From Magnetococcales bacterium (GTDB lineage: Bacteria > Pseudomonadota > Magnetococcia > Magnetococcales > JADFYX01), in NCBI GenBank assembly GCA_002753565.1, contig PEAM01000016.1, positions 4,400 to 68,399 of the forward strand: DNA of 64,000 bases. Direction: 5' to 3'. Of the stretch, positions 27,629 to 35,900 are shown in pieces; position 1 is the stretch's first letter; each line of letters starts with the position of its first letter. The position numbers and the translations under genes are program-made. The notes below the pieces were generated by a model. It had not been told where the DNA came from and did not search any database. It saw nothing but the letters and a program-made list of their open reading frames with translations.

Positions 27629-28654
27629 TTACTCTTTTTTGACAGCCACACAAATAATGCGATCGCTCAATCGCTTTTCATCGACAACCTGCTGAAGATC
27701 ATTGAACATTTCCATCATAGCCCCAAACAGAGGTGCCTCCCGAACCTGCTCATTCACTAAAGAGAGGTTGGTCAAGAGCTCATAGATATCCAAGCCATGA
27801 TACCAGGCCGAAACCATCTTGAAGCCAGCCCGATCCAAGGCCTCTTTCAGAGAGGGTTCTGTAAAGAGCATGATATGCTCAATAGGGTTCATGTGGCGAA
27901 AAACATTGTGTGGAAAGACCGATTGAACCATAGCCGCAAGTGAGTTCCCGATCGGGACCTGAATCATAACCGCCCCACCAGGCATTAACACCTTATGAGC
28001 CTGGGCCAACAATCCCATGGGGTCCACCACATGCTCCAAAACCCCAATCAGGGAGACCATGGCGGCACGTCCCATCACCTCTGGTCGTTGTACCAGATAC
28101 TCCTCCAAGGTTTGTGAATGCAGCACCACATCAAAGGTCTCTTGGGCAAAAGCTACCGAGGTCTCACTCAGCTCCAACCCAACCGCCTGCCAACCCCGCT
28201 CTTTGGCAACACTGACCATATCGCCAATACCAGCCCCAACATCCAACCAGAGCCTCCCCTGGCCTTCACCAACCTGTTTTTCGGCATACTCAACCTTGGG
28301 AAGAGCGATATTTTCCCGGCGATAATAACAGGTCTCCTTGTTGGCATAGGTAACCTCTGACCAGTAGACATTTTTCTCATAAAAGCGCCGAATCGCCTCG
28401 TCGCTATAACGGCTATCAGTATAAACATGACCGCACGAGAGGCAGTTGACATAGCGAAAACCATGAATCTCTACCATGAACTCACACTTGGAGCTGGCAC
28501 AGATGTAGCAGACCTTTTGGGGTATGGGTTGCTCATTCGCGGCCAGATAGTCGACAATCGTGCGGATTTTATCCAGGTGGCCCTGAATGTTTTCTAGAAC
28601 AGGCCCTTTGAACTTGGCAAGATCAATCGGCTTTCCGTAGACTCTTTCCATCAA
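27629..28654 (-). CDS. Class I SAM-dependent methyltransferase with N-terminal Cys4 zinc ribbon
   Basis: CYIC...CLSCGH ribbon, then SAM motif I LDVGAGIGDM. Confidence 0.75.
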   Translation of the reverse strand: MMERVYGKPIDLAKFKGPVLENIQGHLDKIRTIVDYLAANEQPIPQKVCYICASSKCEFMVEIHGFRYVNCLSCGHVYTDSRYSDEAIRRFYEKNVYWSEVTYANKETCYYRRENIALPKVEYAEKQVGEGQGRLWLDVGAGIGDMVSVAKERGWQAVGLELSETSVAFAQETFDVVLHSQTLEEYLVQRPEVMGRAAMVSLIGVLEHVVDPMGLLAQAHKVLMPGGAVMIQVPIGNSLAAMVQSVFPHNVFRHMNPIEHIMLFTEPSLKEALDRAGFKMVSAWYHGLDIYELLTNLSLVNEQVREAPLFGAMMEMFNDLQQVVDEKRLSDRIICVAVKKE

Positions 28655-28689
28655 TGTTTACTCCTAACAGCCCATAAAGGTGCCTGTTC

Positions 28690-29433
28690 TCAACCCGGAA
28701 GTTTAACATGCGGTCTGGGATGTTGGGCCAGCAGCAGCTCGGCCAGTCGAAAATCCATCATGGTATCCAGATTAACCCCCTTCTCGGCAGAGAGTATCCA
28801 GGGGCGGCTATTGTCCGACCCATAACGCTGCCCGTCGACCATAAGATGATCCCGACGCAACGCATAGATGGCACCACTGCGGATATAGGCATCGGGTTTA
28901 AGATCCTGGCGACGGGTCTCCAGTTTCTCTGGCAGGCAAAAATCACAGAGTCTGTCATCGACAATTTTTTTAATCCTAATCGGATGATGATCATCCAACC
29001 GATGAACCGCCACCACCGAATCGGCACCACTCTCCATCAGCTTTTCGATGGCCCCATCAATATCCCCAACACTCTTCATGGGGTTGGTGCACATCAACTC
29101 CACCACATAGTCATAGTGAACCCCCTCCTCCTCCTCAACCCAGGCCACCGCATGCTGCATGGCATCCATCGAGCTTGCTGTGTCGGAAGAGAGAGCGTCC
29201 GGCCTTAAAAAAGGCACCTCTGCCCCGTACTGTAGCGCCACATCCCTAATCTGCTCATCATCTGTCGAGACCAGATAGCGGGTCAGGTGGCGGCTGAGTT
29301 TGGCTTCACAGATGGTATAGGCGATGAGGGGTTCGCCATTGATGGGTTGAATATTTTTCCGAGGAATACTCTTGGACCCACCACGGGCCAGGGTCAGTCC
29401 TAAAATTTTTGGTCGACTGGATTGTTCACGCAT
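28690..29433 (-). CDS. Acylneuraminate (CMP-ulosonic acid) cytidylyltransferase family protein
   Basis: Canonical N-terminal LARGGSKSIPRKNI motif, 247 aa. It is the first gene of the minus-strand cluster. Confidence 0.8.
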   Translation of the reverse strand: MREQSSRPKILGLTLARGGSKSIPRKNIQPINGEPLIAYTICEAKLSRHLTRYLVSTDDEQIRDVALQYGAEVPFLRPDALSSDTASSMDAMQHAVAWVEEEEGVHYDYVVELMCTNPMKSVGDIDGAIEKLMESGADSVVAVHRLDDHHPIRIKKIVDDRLCDFCLPEKLETRRQDLKPDAYIRSGAIYALRRDHLMVDGQRYGSDNSRPWILSAEKGVNLDTMMDFRLAELLLAQHPRPHVKLPG

Positions 29434-29536
29434 GGCTGCTACTCTCCAAACCCTGAGCAGTTTGTAGCAGCTTCCACCTGCTGCAAACTTTCGTTAAACA
29501 TGGAAACGGCGGTTGATGGGGCACGAGTGGTCTCAT

Positions 29537-29590
29537 TTTTAGTCAATTAAAACCAGATTTGGACAACGGTTTAAGGCAAAGTCAACACCT
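29537..29590 (-). repeat. 54-nt intergenic repeat unit, copy 2 (inverted relative to 15761-15814)
   Basis: The reverse complement matches copy 1 with 3 mismatches. It lies about 100 nt upstream of the cytidylyltransferase start and abuts the 136-nt repeat. Confidence 0.8.
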
Positions 29591-29591
29591 T

Positions 29592-29728
29592 GGGAAGCCT
29601 CGCAGACCCCTAAACCCCCACGCTTTCAAGATTAAAAAAAAAGCAAAGTCAAATACTTAAAATCTTTGGCGCTGCCCAAACCCGCTGGGAAGGTCTTCAT
29701 GCCTTCCCAGACCCATCCGCAATCGTTT
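29592..29728. repeat. ~136-nt intergenic repeat, copy A
   Basis: Hand alignment to 30605-30740 gives about 26 mismatches and 1 indel over 137 nt. It contains the hairpin GGGAAGG-N8-CCTTCCC (29687-29708), an A9 run and a GCAAAGTCAA box. Confidence 0.8.
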
Positions 29729-29862
29729 TGTACAAATTTGGTTTGAAATCTCTATATTGGTTTTTCTTCGTGTTAAAACCCTCTGCGCCAGGGCCATTTT
29801 AAAGGGAAACCTCTCTAGACAGACCATGATACCCAACTGCCCGTTACGACGCAAAGAATCCC

Positions 29863-30573
29863 CTACCCTTCCACCTTTCGAAACAGCAGATGCCGGGCCG
29901 GTCTGCCGGCTTTTTGGCCCTTGGATTGAAAGCGGGTCTCTATCCATTCATCCGGTTGCGGGGCAAACCCACCCCCATCCATGCAATTTTCAAAGGCGGG
30001 ATGTGCCTGCAGATGTTCCAACATCCAATCAGAGTACTCCCCCCAGTCGGTTGCCAGAGAGAGCAGGCCATCACGGCGCATCCGCTCTGCCAGCAGATCG
30101 AGAAAGGGGGGTTGGATCAGCCGTCTTTTATGGTGTCTCTTTTTGCGCCATGGGTCGGGAAAGTTGATCACCACCCGGTCTAATGAATCCGGGGGGATAC
30201 GCTCCATCAGCACCACATTGGCATTGTCCACCACCACCCGAACATTGTCGCTTCCCTGCCGCTCCAATCTTCTGAGCAGAGCAGAAACCCCTTCTAAAAA
30301 CACATCGATACCGACAAACCGATCTTCAGGGTGAAGTGCCGCAAGATGGGCCAGAAAATCACCATTTCCAAAACCGATCTCCAGCCATAAGCGGGTCGAC
30401 TCCGTCACCCCACCAAAAGCACTCAACAGCTGCTGCCGATCCACCCCACCCGTCAAGGTCAAAGCGGGAAGGCACTCCTTGAGGTGTGTCTCGTCTTTTG
30501 GTTTTAAAAAACCTTTTTTTCTACCGTGGGTTTTATATCGACGACGCTCATCTGGCGTCAATGTAATTGTCAC
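29863..30573 (-). CDS. trmB: tRNA (guanine-N7)-methyltransferase
   Basis: INFPDPWRKKRHHKRR motif and SAM-binding EIGFGNGDF. GTG start. Confidence 0.9.
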   Translation of the reverse strand: MTITLTPDERRRYKTHGRKKGFLKPKDETHLKECLPALTLTGGVDRQQLLSAFGGVTESTRLWLEIGFGNGDFLAHLAALHPEDRFVGIDVFLEGVSALLRRLERQGSDNVRVVVDNANVVLMERIPPDSLDRVVINFPDPWRKKRHHKRRLIQPPFLDLLAERMRRDGLLSLATDWGEYSDWMLEHLQAHPAFENCMDGGGFAPQPDEWIETRFQSKGQKAGRPARHLLFRKVEG

Positions 30574-30604
30574 GACTGCTCTCCAACAATCCAGTTATCA
30601 TCAT

Positions 30605-30740
30605 GGGAGGCCTTGCAGGCCCTCAAACCCTCACGCTTTTAAAGGCAAAAAAAAAACAAAGTCAGAGACTTAAAAACTTGGGCGCGACCTAGATCCGCGG
30701 GAAGGTATTCATACCTTCCCAGCCCCATCCGCTAGCGTTT
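30605..30740. repeat. ~136-nt intergenic repeat, copy B
   Basis: Direct copy of 29592-29728. Its hairpin GGGAAGGTA-TTCA-TACCTTCCC lies at 30699-20. It also has an A10 run and ACAAAGTCAG. The unit overlaps the last 3 codons of the 30732 gene. Confidence 0.8.
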
Positions 30741-31376
30741 CAGAATCTCTCTATCATCAACGCCCTGTTTTTTTTCACCCGGTTTTAACGCTCGCTTGGT
30801 ATAATCACCTGGAACAACGAATGATTTGATCGACTGAGGCTTCTCTTCAATGTGACTCAACTCAACCGTCATGCCATCACTAAACTGCTCCCGCAGGGCA
30901 ATCTGCAATTTTTGGTCAATCCAGAGTTGAACAATAGGGCGCAATTTCTGTTGGCCCGTCTGTTGTGAGATCAACCAATGTTCCGTCTGCCTTGCCTGAA
31001 AAACCTCATGCCCCAATAACTGACAGATAATCTGCTTGTCTCGTTGGCATGGGCTATGTGGATCTCGGGGCAGAGGAGGACGATTGACAACCACGCCAAT
31101 ACGCTCCTCATACCATTTTTGCTCGGGGAAAAGGGTCCAGATGATCTGTTTCTTGGGCCGAAAGATCACCGTGACAGAGAGACCATCCTTCTTACCTTCA
31201 GTACGAATCCCATAACGGCTGACAACCATTCGCCCATACTGACTCTTTTCCGGTTGCCCCTGAAAGGTGCGGGTTACATCGGCAGAAAACTCTACCCGAA
31301 CCTTTTTCTCCCCAGCAACAAGCGAAGAGAGAGGGAGCAGCCAAAAAAGGAGGTAAAAAGAGAAAAGGGGTCCCAT
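30732..31376 (-). CDS. Periplasmic LolA-like / DUF4412-like protein
   Basis: Start chosen at the ATG giving signal peptide MGPLFSFYLLFWLLPLSSLVAG. The pattern ...GRMVVSRYGIRTEGKKDGLSVTVIFRPKKQIIWTLFPEQKWYEE... resembles LolA-fold/DUF4412 proteins. Assignment is by pattern only. Confidence 0.45.
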   Translation of the reverse strand: MGPLFSFYLLFWLLPLSSLVAGEKKVRVEFSADVTRTFQGQPEKSQYGRMVVSRYGIRTEGKKDGLSVTVIFRPKKQIIWTLFPEQKWYEERIGVVVNRPPLPRDPHSPCQRDKQIICQLLGHEVFQARQTEHWLISQQTGQQKLRPIVQLWIDQKLQIALREQFSDGMTVELSHIEEKPQSIKSFVVPGDYTKRALKPGEKKQGVDDREILKR

Positions 31377-31398
31377 GAAGGTGTCGAAGCAACGTTTA

Positions 31399-32088
31399 TC
31401 AGTAGCCCGGATAAGGGGTGCCGTTTTGATAAAAATCAGAACCTCCCCACTGAGGGGCTGGCCCTGGCCATCCTCCATTCCCTATACCCCACTCGTTAAA
31501 AAGTGGGCCCGGAGGAGAGCCATATGGATCACCATAGCCGCGATAGGGGGGGGGGTGGTCAAACCGCTCAGGCCATCGAGAACCACCTCCTTGAAAAGAG
31601 GAGGCCTGCCATTCGTCACCATATAACGGGCTCCTGCCCACGGCCCGCTCCGGCCACTGTCGGGTTTGTTGGCTGCGTGTTTGCTGTTGGAAATGAGGTT
31701 GTTGCCGCGCACGCTCCTCACCATACCACGGGGAGCTCTCGGAATCTGGCTGCTGAAACTGATGAGGCACCTCACCCCAAGGTCGACGGGATCTGGTACC
31801 CGGTTTCGGGTAGAGATCCTCCAAACTGGGAGGGGGCTGGATGGTTCTCTGCTCTTCCCCATACTGAAACTGCTGGTCGGGAGAGGTGGCTCTCGGGCCA
31901 TTCCCCTCTCCCGTCCAAGGGTTGATACTGGATGCCCCCCCCACCGAATTTCTTGGTGCTTGAGCAGAATCCGGCCCATAAGACCAGTAGTCGCTACCTG
32001 CAGCCAGTGCTTGGGGAGAGAGAAAACAGAGTGCCAGACCGGCAATCCCAACAAGTGGCAGAGGTCTCTTAGAGTATGCTATCGCCAT
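31399..32088 (-). CDS. Secreted low-complexity Pro/Gly/Gln/Trp/Tyr-rich protein
   Basis: Signal peptide MAIAYSKRPLPLVGIAGLALCFLSPQALA. The rest is predicted disordered, with RPWG, SPWYG, PPPYRGYGDPYG and PQWGG motifs. The start overlaps the upstream gene by 10 nt. Confidence 0.6.
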   Translation of the reverse strand: MAIAYSKRPLPLVGIAGLALCFLSPQALAAGSDYWSYGPDSAQAPRNSVGGASSINPWTGEGNGPRATSPDQQFQYGEEQRTIQPPPSLEDLYPKPGTRSRRPWGEVPHQFQQPDSESSPWYGEERARQQPHFQQQTRSQQTRQWPERAVGRSPLYGDEWQASSFQGGGSRWPERFDHPPPYRGYGDPYGSPPGPLFNEWGIGNGGWPGPAPQWGGSDFYQNGTPYPGY

Positions 32089-32918
32089 TGATTTCCGTAT
32101 GTTCCTTCCGGTGGAGCCTGTAAGGGGGGATAGGGATCACGATAACCACTATCCAGACCTTGATCGTGTTCATAAGGGAGATCATAATCCAACTTAGGAC
32201 GACCATAGGGTACATCCGCCTTGGGAAAATCCCGGTCTACATCCCCATAGTCGAAGGGATCATAGTCCTTGGACCGAGGCCTGATCGGTTCGGTTCCTTC
32301 ACTCCAGATCGATCCTCGAGGGGGAGGAGGTGACTGATCATAGCCATCCTCCCTGTTAACCTTCCAGGGGTCCCGGGGTGGTCGAACCTTTCGCCCCCGA
32401 ATACGGATCTCTTCATCGCCATACCTTCCCCCAGGCAGCGGTTCAGGCTCTGAATAGTCAAAACGGCTATCCCCCTCCAAAGCCCAGCGGGGTTGGGAAT
32501 AGGGTGTTCCCCACATCTTTTCTGAGGGGGGAGTGGGCGACCAGACGGATGGAGTGGAGTCGGGAGGAAACTCTCCGGGTTTTACCCCATCATCGTCTTT
32601 AAAGTCAGGCGGGGGCGCCCAAAACCGGTTGTTTGCTGCCCCTGCAGAAGGGGTTGGTAAAGGGGTAGAACCCTGGGACGGAGTAGGTGTAGAAGAGGAA
32701 AAGGATGGTGAGTGAGAAGGGGCAGCCTGCTGAAAGTTCGCTCCCCCCCCTTTTAATGTCGCCGGGTCCCGATCGGAAAGAGGAATAAGCACCGACTCCC
32801 CAACACCCAAAACCGGTTTTGGATCCAGAGCCTCCCCCCCTTCAACAAAAAAGGGGGTGAGCAGGATGGTACTAAGGGCAAGAGCCACCGGTCCAAAATT
32901 TCTTTTGAACCGCCGCAT
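32079..32918 (-). CDS. Secreted low-complexity Pro/Asp/Tyr/Trp-rich protein
   Basis: Signal-like MRRFKRNFGPVALALSTILLTPFFVEGG. Low-complexity S/T/P tract, then D/Y/P/W-rich repeats (DYDPFDYGD, DYDLPYEHD). The ATG overlaps the RND stop (TGATG). Confidence 0.6.
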   Translation of the reverse strand: MRRFKRNFGPVALALSTILLTPFFVEGGEALDPKPVLGVGESVLIPLSDRDPATLKGGGANFQQAAPSHSPSFSSSTPTPSQGSTPLPTPSAGAANNRFWAPPPDFKDDDGVKPGEFPPDSTPSVWSPTPPSEKMWGTPYSQPRWALEGDSRFDYSEPEPLPGGRYGDEEIRIRGRKVRPPRDPWKVNREDGYDQSPPPPRGSIWSEGTEPIRPRSKDYDPFDYGDVDRDFPKADVPYGRPKLDYDLPYEHDQGLDSGYRDPYPPLQAPPEGTYGNQWR

Positions 32919-35900
32919 CAAGAGGGGTCCTTCGCCGCTGGTTTGGGTTTCATGCGAATACCCCGTCTTGCACTCCCCCCCTTGGTGGTGGCAGCAGGTT
33001 TTGTGGTGGCTTTGCCCTCCTCCGAAGCGGCTTGGCGCTTTGCTGGGGTCTTTTTGACAGCCGGCTTTCTGGCGGAAGGCTTCCGGGCTGTTCTCTTCAC
33101 CTCTGTCTCGATGGCTGGTTCTTTTTCAACCTTTTTCTCAACAACAGCCTGCTGGCTGGTGGCACCTTGTGGCGCTTTCTTGATCGATGGCTGAGCCGTT
33201 GGTTCCGGAGCCGCTTGGGTTTGGGGCAGGACTGCAGAGGTAGAGACAAAAGCCGACAGAGCGGGTGCCTCGACAGACTCTCGAACATCGCAATCACTAT
33301 CGGGGTCCTGGCCTTTGTTGGCTTGGGCGGGGTGTTTGAAAGCACTGGAGAAGGTGACGCAACCCAGAGGAATCACCAGCAGAGTTAAAACCGTGGAGAT
33401 CAGGGAGCCAAACAGCAGAGAGACCGCCATACCCCGGAAGATAAAGTCACTCAAAATAACACTGGAGCCAGCCACCAGCGCCAAGGCCGTAATCACAATA
33501 GGCCGAGTGCGAGCTTTACAGGAGAGGATCACCGAATCTCGAACCGACTCCCCTTTTAAAATCTCCTGCTGGGCAAAGTCCACCAAAAGGATGGAGTTAC
33601 GGACAATAATGCCCGCCAACGCAATAAAACCGATCATGGAGGTAGCGGTAAACTTGGCATCCATCATCATGTGGCCCGGAACAATACCCAGAAGAGTCAG
33701 GGGAATAGGGGCCATGATGATGGCAGGAAGCACAAAGTTGCCAAACTCCCAAACCACCAACATATAGATAAGGATCAGCGCAACACCAAAGGCCATGCCC
33801 ATATCCCGGAAGGTTTCGAAGGTAACGGTCCACTCTCCGGTCCACTCAAAGCCGGTTTTGGCATAGGTCTCTGGAGCACCCAAAAATTCACCGGCTATCA
33901 CCTGACCATCCGGGGTGGTGTAGGATTTTAATTTTTCATCGATATCCATCATGCTGTAGATGGGGGCATCCAACAGGCCGGTCACCTCACCGGTCACATA
34001 CTCAACCGGACGCAAATCTTTGCGAAAATGGATGGAATCTTGAAGCCCTTTGACAAAATGGCCCAACTCGCCCAGGGGAATGGTGGCCCCCATCGGCGTG
34101 GAGATGGGCAGGTCGGAGAGGCTGGTGATTTTAGAGCGGATGGCCATGGGAACCTGAATGACAATATAGGTCGGTTCCAGAACATTACCCCGCTTGACAT
34201 CTCCCAACCGGGCGCCGCCCATGGCCATACCCAAGTTTCGATTGATGGTATCCACCGAAATACCCTGACGGACCGCTTTTTCTGAGTCGACCTCAAACCG
34301 CCACAACTCAAAATCTTTCTGCATATAGTTGTCCACATCCACAATCCCTTCAGCCTCTTCGAACAGCTTGGTCATGTGGGCCGCCACTTCACGGCGAATC
34401 TCAGCGGTAGGACCGGTCACCTCCGCCACAACCGACTGAAGAACCGGTGGGCCGGGAGGCATTTCCACCACCTGGATTTTCGCCCCAAACGACTGGGCAA
34501 CCGGCGTCAGGATAGAACGGACATATTCAGCAATTTCGTGGCTGGTTCGCTCCCGCTTGCTCTTATGGAGCAGTTGGACCTGAATATCGGCCTCCCAGGA
34601 GTTATGGCGCAAATAGTAGTGGCGCACCATGCCATTAAAATTAAAGGGGGAGGCCGTTCCGACATAGGTTTGCAGCGCAATAACCTCAGGCACCTTCTGG
34701 CGGATCAGCTCGGTCATGTCGTGGGCGACGTTGGCGGTCTTGGGCAGGGCTGTCCCCTCATCCAGATTGATGACCACATTGAACTCTGGCTTGTTATCCA
34801 GAGGCATGATCTTGACCGTAACATCGGTGGTATAAAAAAGCAGACAGGAGAGACCAAAACCGACAAACAGAGCGATGAGAAAGCCGAACCCCTTGGCTCG
34901 ACTATCCAGCAGAGCCGGTATCACCGAACGGTACATTTTTTCCAATCGGTCGGCAGATTTTCGCTCTTTTTCCGAGTGGTGATGCAGGGTCTTCATGCTG
35001 GGCTTGATCAACTGCGCCAACCAGGGGGTAAAAATAAAGGCGGCAAACAGAGAGAAAAGCATCGCCACCGACCCCAAAACCGCAATCGGCTCCATGTATG
35101 GCCCCATCATACCGCGGACCGCCGCCATGGGCATCAGGGCGGCAATCACCGTAAAGGTAGCCAGAATGGTCGGGTTACCCACCTCTCGCACCGCATCGAT
35201 GGAGATCAGGTGGCAGCAGTTATCCTCCAACAGCCATCGCCGGTAGATGTTCTCCACCACCACAATGGCATCATCCACCAAAATACCGATGGAGAAGATC
35301 AAGGCAAACAGACTCACCCGGTCGATGGTAAAGCCGAGAATCCAGGCCGAGAAGACCGTCATCAGGATAACCACCGGAATCACCACCAAGGTCACGACAG
35401 CCGGTTTAAACCCCAAAGCGTACCAGACCAACAGTGTAACCGCCGAGGTGGCCACAACCAACTTGAAGAGCAGCTCATTGACCTTCTCGTTGGCGGTCTC
35501 GCCATAGTTGCGGGTTATGGAAACCTGAACATTATCGGGAATCAGACTCCCTTTCAGCTCTTCTACCCGGCTGAGAATATTGTTGGCAACCGTCACCCCA
35601 TTGGAGCCGGTTTTCTTGGCCACGGCAATGGTAACCGCCGAGGCGGCTGAAGCCGGTGGTGTCTTGCCTTCGTAGGCCGGACCGGTGGTGTAGGTGACCA
35701 TCTGCCGGGTCTCTTCCGCACCCGAGAAAACCTGGGCCACATCCCGAACATAGATGGGCGAACCAAAGCGGGTGCCCACCATCAACTGGGAGAGATCCTC
35801 TGCATTGCGGATGTAGTTGCCGGTAATAACCCGATAGCCGGTATCTCCCGACTCAACACTGCCGATATCTTTCTCGCTGTTGGCTGTTTTGATGGTCTGG

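Noticed and set aside
15761-29590. Interpretation of the inverted 54-nt units as ends of a composite transposon or genomic island
   Set aside because: No transposase, integrase or tRNA gene lies in or next to the segment. It also contains housekeeping holA. I kept it only as a repeat or inversion hypothesis.
29600-29625. Telomere-like/G-quadruplex-like GGGGGTTTAGGGG on the minus strand of repeat copy A
   Set aside because: Only two G-runs lie close together, and the motif is not kept intact in copy B (GAGGGTTTGAGGG). It is most likely coincidental.
29657-30167. ORFs of 96 aa (minus) and 136 aa (plus) over the repeat region and the trmB 3' part
   Set aside because: They run through the intergenic repeat copy, or antisense to trmB, with no SD and low-complexity products. 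The 29434-29862 gap is better explained as non-coding repeat DNA.
31482-32054. Alternative-frame ORFs (190 aa minus; 140/141 aa plus) inside the Pro-rich gene region
   Set aside because: The chosen frames have signal peptides and start/stop coupling to neighbouring genes. The alternative frames lack both.
34376-35650. 424-aa plus-strand ORF
   Set aside because: It is antisense to the RND permease. The composition is biased (His/Arg/Gly/Gln), and it has no start context or motifs.
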